The position numbers were made by a program, and so were the translations under genes. The notes under the pieces are model-generated. The model was not told where the DNA came from, did no database searches, and worked only from the letters and a program-made list of their open reading frames with translations. Below, one piece after another: positions 1 through 10,700 of a stretch of DNA of 64,000 bases (position 1 is the stretch's first letter; each line of letters opens with the position of its first letter). Source of the stretch: a virus; the IMG/VR virus record IMGVR_UViG_3300022221_000006, positions 1 to 64,000 of that record; one strand, given 5' to 3'.

Positions 1-18
1 TTAGTGAGGAAGCTTTAA

Positions 19-396
19 ATGTTCATACAAAGGTGTCTAAAGGCACAGGAGAAAAGACGTATGGAAAAGTTAGATCATCTTATACGCTGGGTTGCCAGTG
101 GAGGGAAGATGGCTGGACATGATTCTCAAGGACACTGTGTCCCTGATTACTCATGTTGTTTAGAAATGATAGAAACGCCTCCGGAGGAAAGGCGTCTATT
201 TTTGGATGCAGTAATAAATGACAAGGAGGCTCTCGTAGTATCAATGACTCTGAAATATTGCTTACAAGCAATCAACCTAAGTACGTTGATATGTAATGAT
301 AAAAGAGTGTTCGGGGATGATCTCGTTGAGCTTTCCCAGGCTGCACGCAGTGTTGAAGACCAGATAGCTATATCGGTCCCTCCACTGTTTAGTTAA
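19..396 (+). CDS. hypothetical protein
   Basis: 125-aa ORF with GAGGA RBS, followed by a hairpin. Confidence 0.6.
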   Translation: MFIQRCLKAQEKRRMEKLDHLIRWVASGGKMAGHDSQGHCVPDYSCCLEMIETPPEERRLFLDAVINDKEALVVSMTLKYCLQAINLSTLICNDKRVFGDDLVELSQAARSVEDQIAISVPPLFS

Positions 397-425
397 GCAA
401 TCGCACTCATCTATAAATAAAACGA

Positions 426-444
426 AGGGGTTGATATAACCCCT
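426..444 (+). terminator. intergenic hairpin, possible terminator
   Basis: AGGGGTT-GATAT-AACCCCT followed by ATTT. Confidence 0.45.
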
Positions 445-471
445 ATTTAATATAATAGGAGAACACCTGAA

Positions 472-978
472 ATGAAACTGAAGTTAACAATACTCGAAGC
501 TCTTAACATTTGCACAACCGCTTACAATCATTCAACGGTACATGATCTAAGTGTGCCGGATTACGATTCATGTCCGGTATTGACAAAGGATATCTTCGAT
601 ACAAAAGCTGCCCAGGAAACAATGGAGGAGGGTGAACGCTTTAAATTAGAAGTCACCGCAGGACGAACTGTAGGTATTGCTGTTCATCTTGAAAAGAAAA
701 CGGATGACGGTATGGCTATTTTTGAAATCTATCCGCTTAATCCAATCCATCGGCTTAGCTCATGGGATGTTAAATTTCCTACGGGTATGGATCTCGTCCG
801 ACACTGTGTCCCTGATATTGACAATCGGGTCATTGATTGGCAGGAGGAAGATAATGGACCGTTTATGGATATCGATACAGTCCTGGCGAAGCTGAAAGCA
901 CTAAGCACTGAGATGGAGGGTACATCGGATATGTCAGACATCGAGGTAATGGAAGAGGAGCAGAATAATGCAGCTTAG
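472..978 (+). CDS. hypothetical protein, paralogue of 968..1447
   Basis: GGAG RBS; shares blocks LTI.E...IC..A.NH, IYP..P.H..SSWDV.F.TG and RVIDW.E...GP with the next ORF. Confidence 0.8.
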   Translation: MKLKLTILEALNICTTAYNHSTVHDLSVPDYDSCPVLTKDIFDTKAAQETMEEGERFKLEVTAGRTVGIAVHLEKKTDDGMAIFEIYPLNPIHRLSSWDVKFPTGMDLVRHCVPDIDNRVIDWQEEDNGPFMDIDTVLAKLKALSTEMEGTSDMSDIEVMEEEQNNAA

Positions 979-1447
979 GTTGACAATTGAGGAAACTTTT
1001 GCAATCTGCGTTGCAGCCTTCAACCATGCAACCATTGTTGATACCTCGGCTGAGGGATACGATCCAAAGGAACACTCTCTTGATGATCTCTTCAATGTCA
1101 AAAAAGCGCATGCGCATATCAGGGAAGGCGAGAGACTTCATATGGGAGATGCAAATGGCCGTCGTGTAAATGTCTTTTGTCATCTTCAGAAGGAAGAGCC
1201 GAATGGGTACCATGTCTGGAATATCTACCCGTTTACTCCGGATCACTCAATGAGTTCCTGGGATGTCCGCTTTGCCACAGGACGAGAACTCGTTGAGTAT
1301 GCTGTCGAAGGTGTCGAAGATCGTGTCATTGATTGGGATGAAAAGAATGATGGTCCTCTTACACTTGCAGAACGGGTTCTGGAGACAATAGACACACTGA
1401 AGGCGGCGAGGGCGAAAGGGGAGGGAGTTGAAATTGCAACCGTTTAA
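968..1447 (+). CDS. hypothetical protein, paralogue of 472..978
   Basis: GGAG RBS, overlaps the upstream ORF, clear end-to-end similarity to it. Confidence 0.8.
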   Translation: MQLRLTIEETFAICVAAFNHATIVDTSAEGYDPKEHSLDDLFNVKKAHAHIREGERLHMGDANGRRVNVFCHLQKEEPNGYHVWNIYPFTPDHSMSSWDVRFATGRELVEYAVEGVEDRVIDWDEKNDGPLTLAERVLETIDTLKAARAKGEGVEIATV

Positions 1448-1772
1448 TAGTATCCTCATAACGACAGCCTCAAAAGATCCTCCCGAGATCATTATCGAAA
1501 TCGATCAGAAGGCGGCTACACTTATAAGAGATGTGAATAATCTCTTTGAGGTTGCTCCACCTAGTAGCAGGGATGCTATTCTATCACTATCGCGTTGGTT
1601 ATCGAGAACACTGCTAATACAACCTCCAAAGCTCCCTACTTTTGCAGAAGAGCGAGCTGAGGTACACTATAGCGGTGATCTGATGGATCAATATCAGGCA
1701 CTCCAGGAGGACTTTGAACATATGCGTAGTGAAATAGCTAAAATCATATCAGCACGTGTCTGTTCTAGATAA
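1428..1772 (+). CDS. hypothetical protein
   Basis: 114-aa ORF with GGAG upstream of a TTG start, in a tightly packed operon. Confidence 0.55.
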   Translation: MKLQPFNSILITTASKDPPEIIIEIDQKAATLIRDVNNLFEVAPPSSRDAILSLSRWLSRTLLIQPPKLPTFAEERAEVHYSGDLMDQYQALQEDFEHMRSEIAKIISARVCSR

Positions 1773-1986
1773 CGCTCTGTTTATGAGTCTAGGAGGCATC
1801 GTAGGGGGTTACCTCTACGGTGTCATTTCAGAAGTGGTCGTTTGCGATGTTGCATACCGTGAGGTAGTATGCATAAGAGTTGAAATATTCACGACCGATG
1901 TAAAGTTCTCACTAACAGCCCTTGCTATTATTATACTAATCCTTATAGCAGCGGAAGTTAGTGATAAAAGTAAAACTAATAAATAG
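1756..1986 (+). CDS. small membrane protein
   Basis: two hydrophobic segments. Confidence 0.5.
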   Translation: MSVLDNALFMSLGGIVGGYLYGVISEVVVCDVAYREVVCIRVEIFTTDVKFSLTALAIIILILIAAEVSDKSKTNK

Positions 1987-1999
1987 GAGAAACACCTTA

Positions 2000-2458
2000 A
2001 TGTCACAAAATGCACGTATATTAGAAGCCTACCAGACAGGTATGGCCGCCGTAACACCACGTAACCCAAAGGCTGAGTATAGAGCTCTTAAAGGTCTCAT
2101 CGAGACACTCTGGGCCTCACCGATACGTAGAAGTGAATATCTACAAGATGCTATCCATGGATCACCTCGTCGTGAGGAGCTCATGGTGCGTCTAGAGAAG
2201 GATAAAGATAATGCTTGTACAGATGCGAAACCTTCACATCCTATGACAATGGATCTTTGTCAGGACAGAATAATTGGGGCCATTGATATGGCAGTGACGG
2301 CACCTTTCAAATATGGAGCTTTAAAAGCGATTGTCATGAACCTATATAAATCACAAAGAGCCCGTCAAAAGGCGATGCGAAGAATGGTTCATATGTCAAT
2401 TTCATCAAAACTATTGGGGGCGAAATTCAGGTCGGACCCCGATCTTGCATTAAAATAG
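2000..2458 (+). CDS. hypothetical basic protein with internal repeat, paralogue of 2471..2932
   Basis: GGAG RBS before ATG 2000; repeats EYRALKGLIETLWAS / KYGALKAIVMNLYKS. Confidence 0.7.
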   Translation: MSQNARILEAYQTGMAAVTPRNPKAEYRALKGLIETLWASPIRRSEYLQDAIHGSPRREELMVRLEKDKDNACTDAKPSHPMTMDLCQDRIIGAIDMAVTAPFKYGALKAIVMNLYKSQRARQKAMRRMVHMSISSKLLGAKFRSDPDLALK

Positions 2459-2470
2459 GAGGACCTAACG

Positions 2471-2932
2471 ATGGCCTTACGAAAATATTTCCTAGGACTA
2501 CTTGCTGAAGGGATGTCGCAAGTTGAAGGGATTGATAGAAAAGAGGAGTATAGAGAAGTTGCCTTGATGATTAAATCTTTCTGGGTAAAACCTTCAAAGA
2601 GACGACGCGAAATGGATACATACATACGTCGTGCAAACCCTGCTCAGGCTGCTCAATTGATTCGAGCACAAAAGACTGGTGATGATCCTCTGTTTCTACT
2701 TCCCAGTGAGTCTCCCTGTAATAAAGATGACTTCCAAAGCATCTTACAGGTGTTTATAGAGGCGGTTGACAGATGTGTAGAACCCTGTAAGAAATACAAG
2801 GTACTGCGTCATATCATTTGCAAAGCCTATTCAACAAAATCATTGAGAAGAACCCGCCTAGCCTTTATGGCTTGTAGGTCATCGTCGTTTGAACTCCTCC
2901 GGTATTCGATAGAGACGGATACCAATTTGTAA
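2471..2932 (+). CDS. hypothetical basic protein, paralogue of 2000..2458
   Basis: AGGAGG RBS; repeats EYREVALMIKSFWVK / KYKVLRHIICKAYST. Confidence 0.7.
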   Translation: MALRKYFLGLLAEGMSQVEGIDRKEEYREVALMIKSFWVKPSKRRREMDTYIRRANPAQAAQLIRAQKTGDDPLFLLPSESPCNKDDFQSILQVFIEAVDRCVEPCKKYKVLRHIICKAYSTKSLRRTRLAFMACRSSSFELLRYSIETDTNL

Positions 2933-2939
2933 GAACAGG

Positions 2940-2980
2940 CCCTGGCTACTTCGGTAGTCGGGGTTTTTACTTTATTTTTT
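2940..2980 (+). terminator. rho-independent terminator
   Basis: CCCTGGCTAC-TTCG-GTAGTCGGGG followed by a T-rich tract. Confidence 0.8.
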
Positions 2981-2989
2981 GGAGATATT

Positions 2990-3583
2990 ATGCCTGTAGT
3001 AAAAATTGAGTCATATCGCTCAGAGTTTATCGTTATAATTAGATTCGGAGACGGGAACACTTTCTATCTATCACAGAGGAGTTCTTTGGTCAGTACATCG
3101 AACATGCAACATATTACATTTAAGACACGAGAGAGTGCCGAAAGAGAATTGGTCCGTTTTAATACCACACTGAAAAAGCCTCTATCGCTGTCAGCAGAAG
3201 TGAATCCTTACGAGAATGCTGAGGAAAGAGTCCCAAGCCCGGCTACTCTAGAATTGTCCAGACTAGCAACCTCACAAGCTCTTGAGATCAGCTATTTGAA
3301 TAATCGGCTGATAGATGTTAATAAGGAGGCAATTAAAAGAGAGATGAAAGGAGCTCCTGTAGGGCTTATAGCAGTTTTTCCGATGATCTTTCGAGAAGCT
3401 ACCTATCCCAGGGTATGGTATATCTCTTCAGAAAAGTCATATAAAGGGTGCGAGATATTCCTAGGGCGTGACGGTGATGTCCATCTTAAAGTAGCAAATG
3501 ACTCTGAGTTTTTAGGTTGGCATACAAAAGAAAGTGCTCAAAATTTCCTGGAAGGGTGGAGGGATAGTCTATGCCGTCAATGA
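2990..3583 (+). CDS. hypothetical protein; C-terminal domain shared with 3571..3954
   Basis: GGAG RBS; WYISS..YKG..IFLG.DG..H motif. Confidence 0.7.
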   Translation: MPVVKIESYRSEFIVIIRFGDGNTFYLSQRSSLVSTSNMQHITFKTRESAERELVRFNTTLKKPLSLSAEVNPYENAEERVPSPATLELSRLATSQALEISYLNNRLIDVNKEAIKREMKGAPVGLIAVFPMIFREATYPRVWYISSEKSYKGCEIFLGRDGDVHLKVANDSEFLGWHTKESAQNFLEGWRDSLCRQ

Positions 3584-3954
3584 TGGAAGCTCTTGAAGAG
3601 GAAGGTAAGAAGAAGAGTACGTTAGAAGCTGAGTGTCTGAGACTCTCCCGAGAATTATGTGCAAAGACGGAACAATTGATATGGTTATCGAAGAAATTTG
3701 ATGAAGAGAAGCTAAAAGGGTTAGACAGCCACATTCCTGCAGTCCTTATATATAATGATGAGCGTATCTTTAAAGAGATCGACGGTGGTATAACTCGTTG
3801 GTATATATCTTCGCATCAGTTGTATAAAGGAAAGGATATATTTCTAGGACCTGATGGTTGTATTCATTATAAATACTCAAAGAGTTACACCTTCTTGAGT
3901 TGGTCTTCATTTCGCGATGCTTTCGACTTCTTGAAAAGATGGCGAACACCTTAA
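3571..3954 (+). CDS. hypothetical protein, partial paralogue of 2990..3583
   Basis: WYISSHQLYKGKDIFLGPDGCIH...FL.W....A..FL..WR. Confidence 0.7.
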   Translation: MPSMMEALEEEGKKKSTLEAECLRLSRELCAKTEQLIWLSKKFDEEKLKGLDSHIPAVLIYNDERIFKEIDGGITRWYISSHQLYKGKDIFLGPDGCIHYKYSKSYTFLSWSSFRDAFDFLKRWRTP

Positions 3955-3964
3955 TCTAAACATC

Positions 3965-4059
3965 CTCCTGATCACCTTTACGGTGGTTGGGAGGTAACCC
4001 TTTATTTTTTCTTCTCCTGATCACCTTCGTGGTGGTTGGGAGTCTAACCTTTATTTTTT
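3965..4059 (+). terminator. tandemly duplicated terminator (two ~46-bp copies)
   Basis: CTCCTGATCACC-loop-GGTGGTTGGGAG...CTTTATTTTTT at 3965-4010 and 4014-4059. Confidence 0.75.
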
Positions 4060-4067
4060 GATTTTAT

Positions 4068-4082
4068 CCCGTTAAATTAACC
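4068..4082 (+). promoter_or_regulatory. putative phage-RNAP late promoter (class L), upstream of terminase
   Basis: CCCGTTAAATTAACC, repeated at 20626 and 41843, immediately after a double terminator. Confidence 0.65.
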
Positions 4083-4412
4083 TAGAATAGGTTCCTTGAA
4101 GGGTATATATGGAACATTCCCGTGAGGGATCCTAGGGAGGGTCTTTAGGGATCCTCTTAGAGATACCTTTAGATACCCTTTTAATACTCCCCTATATTCT
4201 ATTATTATTAATAGATAACAACAGTGATAGATGATCCCCTAAAGGATAGTATAGGGGGATATTTTTCTCCTTCAAAGGGGAGGGCACAGGGGATAATTCA
4301 ACGGGGTCTTTTTATTCGGAGACTAACACGAACTCTAAGATTTCCAAGCGCGTCTGGGAGTCAACTTCAAACATTATCCCTCAAAATTCAATTTTAAAGG
4401 TATTTACAAGAT

Positions 4413-4871
4413 ATGAACAACGATGGCACAAATATACAGCCAAGAGACGGAGGAACATCCGCCGGTAAGAAGTTAATAGCAAACTCTCGTAGGTCTAGAG
4501 CCAGACTGGAAGAGCTTGACTTTGATCCTTTAGAAAAACAAGTAATGCTCTACAGGAGATTAGTCAAAGAAGACGAATGGTGGGAGAATCTCAAGGCAGG
4601 TACCTCTGTCGTAGATGTCGATGCAGATGGTAAGAAGAAAAAGACTCTGAGATACTCTGGGATAGCTCACGCTGCTATATTAGCACAGATGCAAAAGATA
4701 GGAAATGATCTCATGAGGTATGGCTACGGTCGTGTGCCTGAGAATGTAGGTTCAGGACTTGAAGCTCCACCTCCTCTGCAGATAGGTCTTACAGGAAGTA
4801 AGGCTCAAGGAGCTCTCCAGAGCATCGTTATCGATGTGTCCCCTAAGGTAATCAATGATGACGAAGACTAA
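4413..4871 (+). CDS. putative terminase small subunit
   Basis: size and position upstream of TerL; helical core (L..YGY) with a flexible tail. Confidence 0.55.
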   Translation: MNNDGTNIQPRDGGTSAGKKLIANSRRSRARLEELDFDPLEKQVMLYRRLVKEDEWWENLKAGTSVVDVDADGKKKKTLRYSGIAHAAILAQMQKIGNDLMRYGYGRVPENVGSGLEAPPPLQIGLTGSKAQGALQSIVIDVSPKVINDDED

Positions 4872-5034
4872 AGCTAAGGGTATCATGTATTGTCCTATCT
4901 GTGAATCAAACCTTGTGGCTACTAACTTTCAAGAAGTTGAAGAAGGTGAGCACGATGGCTATATCTATGTACATGATGCAAACACGGTTCACACTGATGA
5001 AGATTTAGAAGCACTTGAGAATGGTGTCCAGTGA
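4855..5034 (+). CDS. small putative metal-binding protein (59 aa, not in ORF track)
   Basis: MMTKTKAKGIMYCPICESNL...HDG..YVHD...H; stop overlaps the TerL start (GTGA). Confidence 0.55.
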   Translation: MMTKTKAKGIMYCPICESNLVATNFQEVEEGEHDGYIYVHDANTVHTDEDLEALENGVQ

Positions 5035-6380
5035 TTGAGCTACACCCAGGTCAATCGGATGTCTACTCAGACCTCTTTATTGAGAAATCAATAAGGAATG
5101 CTGTTGTATGTGCTTCCCGTGGATGGGGTAAATCATACTTCGCGACTGCAACTGCAACAACAGCTGCGTATGAACTCATGGCATTAGACCCATCTGTGCC
5201 GAATAAGAATGTTTATATCGTAGCTCCTACATATGACCAAGTAACTGATATCTACTATCCAATACTAGCCTACGATTTCGGTCTTGAGTCTATAGCAATA
5301 AGTAGCTCAAGAGACAGAGGTAAATTTATATTCGCAAATAACGTCGAATTGCGAATGATCTCGTTCGAAGCTATTGAGAGGCTACGCGGTAAAGGTTCTT
5401 ATTTTGTAGTTAATGACGAGATGTCCTCTTGGGCTAAAGGCATTGGGCCTAAAGAGGCTTGGGAATCAGTAATAGAGCCTTGTATTACAACTCGATGGAG
5501 TCCTAAGCGAGCAGCATTTTTCAATGCCCCTTCTTGTGGAAGATCTCTAACAATTTCTACACCAAAGGGATATAACTTCTTTCATGAGATATATCACTAT
5601 AATGAGAGCGATGATCTTTGGGGTTCCTACCATTTTGACTATAAATCATCTCCCTATCTGGATCCTGATGAAATTGAAAGGGTTAAGTCGACAATAGACC
5701 CTATTAAGTTTGCCCGAGAGTATAAGGCATCATTTGTCGATTCTGGAAATAGTGTCTTTTATTGTTTTGATAGAGATAGACATGTTTCAAAGGAGATTGT
5801 AGACTTCGTCCCAAAAGACTCTGATCTACCAGGTGAAGATGTGCATGTATGTATCGACTTTAACGTGGGGATAATGGCCTCAGGTATCTTTGCTGTAAGA
5901 GGTAAACAAGTCCAGTTTATAGACGAGATTCAGGGACAACCTGATACCGAATCTCTGGCAGTTACCCTGAAGAAGAGATATATAGACAAGGGACACAATG
6001 TCTATGCCTACCCTGACCCTACAGGCAATAGTAGAAAGACTTCAGCGGCTGTAGGACGTACTGACTTTACTATTCTCGCTAGCTACGGCATTAATATACG
6101 AGCTAGACAGAAGTCACCACCGATTATTGATAGTGTAGCAGCTGTAAACAAACAATTATTGACAGCCTCTGGACATGTCTCTATGTATGTACACCCTCGG
6201 TGTCAGAACATAATAAAGTCTCTAGAGCGTACTTCGTGGCTGGATAACAACCCCGATAGCGCATCTATAGATAAGAAAGAAGGTGTCGAGCATCATTCAG
6301 ACGGTATTCGATACGCTGTTGAATATCTCTTCCCTGTACGGAAGGGTGGAAAGACTGTTTCACGTGGATTCAATTTCTAA
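5031..6380 (+). CDS. terL: terminase large subunit
   Basis: Q motif, Walker A SRGWGKS, Walker B VVNDE, STPKG, RNase H-like nuclease (CIDFN, YPDP, H.SDGIRY). Confidence 0.95.
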   Translation: MIELHPGQSDVYSDLFIEKSIRNAVVCASRGWGKSYFATATATTAAYELMALDPSVPNKNVYIVAPTYDQVTDIYYPILAYDFGLESIAISSSRDRGKFIFANNVELRMISFEAIERLRGKGSYFVVNDEMSSWAKGIGPKEAWESVIEPCITTRWSPKRAAFFNAPSCGRSLTISTPKGYNFFHEIYHYNESDDLWGSYHFDYKSSPYLDPDEIERVKSTIDPIKFAREYKASFVDSGNSVFYCFDRDRHVSKEIVDFVPKDSDLPGEDVHVCIDFNVGIMASGIFAVRGKQVQFIDEIQGQPDTESLAVTLKKRYIDKGHNVYAYPDPTGNSRKTSAAVGRTDFTILASYGINIRARQKSPPIIDSVAAVNKQLLTASGHVSMYVHPRCQNIIKSLERTSWLDNNPDSASIDKKEGVEHHSDGIRYAVEYLFPVRKGGKTVSRGFNF

Positions 6381-6393
6381 TAGGATTAATAAA

Positions 6394-6618
6394 ATGACCG
6401 ACAATATAATACCTTTCAAAAAATTCGAAGGTGTAACTGCAAAAGAGGCTTTAGAAAGTTCTCTTAATACTGGCCTTGACGATGTTATCGTTCTGGGCTG
6501 GAAAGACGATATTCTATATTACGCTGCGTCGAAAATGAGTTCTGCTGATGCTAACTGGATGTTAGATAGTACAAAAGCAATGCTCCTCAACCGATGTAGC
6601 TTTCCAAGCGAGGACTAA
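6394..6618 (+). CDS. small hypothetical protein (74 aa)
   Basis: ATG at 6394 after AGGA; MTDNIIPF...VIVLGW. Confidence 0.6.
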   Translation: MTDNIIPFKKFEGVTAKEALESSLNTGLDDVIVLGWKDDILYYAASKMSSADANWMLDSTKAMLLNRCSFPSED

Positions 6619-6619
6619 A

Positions 6620-7210
6620 ATGGCACGTTCAAAAATAACGAATATATCGAATGACCTTACCAGTGATGGTGGCGGCGTTCTTATATCGCTTATCCAAGGG
6701 GAACAAGACGAGTTTCCCATCACACTTAACTTTGTGGATGTAGTATCTAACACGTATACTTTTGAAGCTGTCTTGATTGAAGGTGAGAATGATGGTTCAG
6801 GGCAGAGACCTGCAACAATACGAGCAACAAGCCCTAATAAAGCTGTCCTTACTGTGCGTGTACCCTTAGATAAGGGCGTCTGGAGTGCTGCTGTGACATA
6901 TCTCTTCAATGATTACGTAGAGTTCGGTGGCAGCATCTATATAGCCTCAGGGGCTCCTTCTATCAGTATTGATCCTGTAGCTGACCCTGACAATTGGACG
7001 CCTCATGTGGAGAACCGAGTGTTTATTCAATTCGGTAGTGCTCTCTCAGTAACACCTGCGTATGCAGTACAACCTGCTGTAGGTCTGCCTGTCTATGGTT
7101 TCCTTGAAATGCGTGTCACAGAACCTAACATAGGAGCTTACACTCGCACATGGAAGCCTCTGAGAGGTCTTGTAGAGTTTCTATTTAGTCCGACTGCGCA
7201 GGTGCCATAA
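6620..7210 (+). CDS. putative virion structural protein
   Basis: beta-rich; W...Y...DYVEF.G..Y.A carbohydrate-binding-like segment; upstream of tail fibre. Confidence 0.55.
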   Translation: MARSKITNISNDLTSDGGGVLISLIQGEQDEFPITLNFVDVVSNTYTFEAVLIEGENDGSGQRPATIRATSPNKAVLTVRVPLDKGVWSAAVTYLFNDYVEFGGSIYIASGAPSISIDPVADPDNWTPHVENRVFIQFGSALSVTPAYAVQPAVGLPVYGFLEMRVTEPNIGAYTRTWKPLRGLVEFLFSPTAQVP

Positions 7211-7212
7211 TT

Positions 7213-7749
7213 ATGACGGTTGTTCTGAAGATATCTCAAAGTGATATCGCTACATCTGTTGAGAAACAAGAATTGTCAGCAGGTTACACAGAACAAGCTG
7301 TCACAGTTGAGGCCCTAGGGAAAGACCTATCGGGAGTAGAGGAGAGATTCTCTCCCGATATAGCCATTGAGAAGGTCGAGAGAAAGAATGTAGATACGCC
7401 TTTGCAAGTCTCTCCTGCTCTAGAAGGTAGTAATATTCCTCAAGAGATGACAGCAGATGTAGCTACAAAGGAATCTGTTCAGACGATCCCAAAAGGGAAG
7501 CCTGTTATGGTTATCAGCACACCAACACGCGACAATACATTTGTCGAAAAAAGCCTTGCTGAAATAAGCCTCGATAAATCTATTATTTACGAGCACAATT
7601 TAGATCTTCCTGTTGCAGGAGAAATCACTGCTAACAGTGAGACAACAGATGTTATTATAAATGGTTCTGGTATCAGAAAACAAGGGAAGTATGATTCATA
7701 CGCAGTACAGGGATATGTGAAAGACGAATACTGGAGAATTAATAGATGA
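7213..7749 (+). CDS. hypothetical protein (late module)
   Basis: 178-aa ORF translationally coupled to the tail fibre gene. Confidence 0.6.
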   Translation: MTVVLKISQSDIATSVEKQELSAGYTEQAVTVEALGKDLSGVEERFSPDIAIEKVERKNVDTPLQVSPALEGSNIPQEMTADVATKESVQTIPKGKPVMVISTPTRDNTFVEKSLAEISLDKSIIYEHNLDLPVAGEITANSETTDVIINGSGIRKQGKYDSYAVQGYVKDEYWRINR

Positions 7750-10700
7750 CCGATATCCTTACAAGAGCAGCCAAAGGTGACCTCTTAGAGCATTTTGAAA
7801 TTGATGCTAATTTCACTAATCTGAATAACGACAAAATAGAGACTTCTCTGCTAGGTCTCACTGAAGGTAAGATCCCTCTACTAGGCCCAGGAGGGCTCTT
7901 TCCAGAGTCTGTGTTTTCATCAGTAGGAGGTTTATTCACTGAAGACGCAAGTAACAATATAGTTGGTGGCACAGGTTCTGGTGCATCACTAACTACCGGT
8001 ACTTACAATTTCTTCGCCGGAAGTAATGCGGGAAATCTGTTACAGAGTGGCAGAGATAATATAGCTATAGGATATAGGTCTCTATCAGTCAACCTTGTTA
8101 ATAATAACAATGTAGCCATCGGAAGTGCTGCTTTACGATTTGCTACTGGTGCAGCATTAACCGCTCTAGGCCCTTATGCAGGTAATAAAATATCTTCTGG
8201 TAGCAACAGTATTGCTATTGGTTGGGCTGCTCTAGGACAAATAGATGCAACTTCAGCTTCTATAACAGGGTCAGGAAATGTAGGTATGGGCTTATACGCT
8301 GTCGGTGGATTATCCACAAACCCTACAACTCTACACACTAATTTAGGTGTGGGAAATTATGCGTTATCCGATCTACAAACAGGGGGATTTAACACGGGAT
8401 TAGGCACCCAAACCCTAGAAACTATTACAACTGGTCTTGGAAACACAGCTATAGGGGATAGAGCCGGTAGGAACTTAACTAGTTCAAGTTCTTATAATGT
8501 AATGATAGGGTTTCGAGCCGGGCCAGGTACCGGTGCTAATGTACATAATAAATTATATATTCATAACAATGTGTCAAGCACGCCTCTGATTTACGGTGAT
8601 TTTGCAATTTCAAAGATCACAATCAATGGGGATTTTGATGTTACTGGTGCATTTACCTCTTTAGGTATAGATGATAATGCAACAGGAGAACGGTTGCAGA
8701 TAGCTGATACCTTGTCTAGTTTTGGCGCTTCAGGTGTTTTCTACGGACTAATACATCCAGCGAATGATCAGGGCATTACTATAGCAGGAGGTAATGCACC
8801 CGCGAAAGGAGGTAACATAGAGCTAGGAGGTGGTACTCATGTTTCTATTGCAGGGGATATCCGTATTCGCTCAGGCGCTAATTCTGTCTTCACTTGGGAC
8901 GAATCTTTAGGCTCTCTCACACTTTCTACAGGGGCAGGAGTTAAAACTACAGCTCTTACTATCAACGCTTCTCAGCGTGCTACATTTAGTGGTGATGTGA
9001 GGTTATCAGGTGATACTCCGACCTTGTCTATAAATGACGTGGTATCGGTATCTGATACCGCGATGCAAACATACATCTCACTACAACGGGCTGGGGCAGA
9101 GAAAGGATGGTTAGGCTTTGGTTCTGGAGCTAACACACACCTAAGCATTGTTAATAATCTTGGCGAGATAAGGTTATCTTCTAATGGAGTTACTGCACTA
9201 ACCTTAGATGCTTCTCAGGATGCTACTTTCGCAGGAGCTGTAACTGTACAAGGAGTTTTCACTTCTCTGGGCATAGATGACAATGCCTCTAGCGAGCGTC
9301 TTCAAATAGCTGATGGGGATATAGTTCTCGGAGGTTGGCATGATGCAAACTATACAGTAAAAAGAGGAATAGATAATAGAATTTTAATTTTTGAGGGAGG
9401 CGTTACGTCTGCAGGTAGTGCAAGGTTACTACTATATGGTGCGACAGAAACAACTGGTGCTGGTGATTTTGCTTTAAAGTCAGGCTTTAATACTGTCTGC
9501 TTATGGGATGAGTCAGCAGGAGCACTAACTCTGAGTACGGGAGCAGGAGCTAAAACTGCTGCGCTTACCCTAGACGCATCACAAAATGCTACATTTGCAG
9601 GTACTGTTGACGGCCGCGACGTAGCAGCAGACGGTGCGGTATTAGACTCTTTAGTGGTGACATCTGCACCAAATATTCCTGCTCGCAATGCTGTACTAAA
9701 TAAAGAACCTGTCAGTCAAGGTGAGTCTACCCGTACTGGTATGAGTTCTACAATCTATACAGGTACTTCTAGTGCTAATCCGGTAGCCTCTGGTATTGAT
9801 ATGGCTACTGGTGAATTCGGAGGACTAGTCTGGATAAAGAGTAGAAATACCGTAAGTAATCATGCTCTATTTGATACAGTTAGAGGAACTACCCTTGAAC
9901 TTAAAAGTAACAGTAGTGGAGTAGAAGTTATTAATTCAGATGCTCTAACTGCTTTCACCTCTACAGGATTTAGTCTAGGAGCTGATGCTAATGTAAACTC
10001 TATCGGTAATACCTATATAGCATGGTCATGGCAGACTAATAAGAAAATAACTGGTGTTACTAATAGAAATAAATCTTATACTTGCCACTATAATCCTGAC
10101 ATGGGGTTTTCAATTGTCAGTTATGTGGGTGATGGTGTTGCTGGTCATGAGATACCACATCATCTAGGTGTATCTCCTGAACTATCAATCTTCAAAAATA
10201 TAACAAGTTCGAATAACTGGATTTTGCAGGGGAAAGATATCGGGAATTCTGAAAGCGGGGACTATATTCTTTTAAACGCTACTAATACTCTCACGAACAC
10301 TACATCGGTCAAGTCTATTTTTACGGAAGAAACCGTGAGTCTTGGAATAGCGAGCTATAATACTTCGGGTGTAAGTAATATTGCTTACCATTTCTCTTCA
10401 GTAGAGGGTGTTTCTAAAGTTGGTAAGTATATTGGTACAGGCGCTATTGGCAATTACGTGGAATGTGGTTTTACACCAGCATTTGTGATGATTAAAAATA
10501 TAACAACTGCTGAAGATTGGCAAGTGTTAGATGTCATACGTGGAGGTGGAAACTTATTACAAGCCAATACTACTTCAGCGGAACAATCTGTTGTGCTACT
10601 AACTATTAATGCTCAAGGTTTTATTCTACTTGGTAGTGGAGGGACTAATAAACTCAATGATGAATATATATTTTTAGCCTTCTCCTTAGCCACTTCAGAT

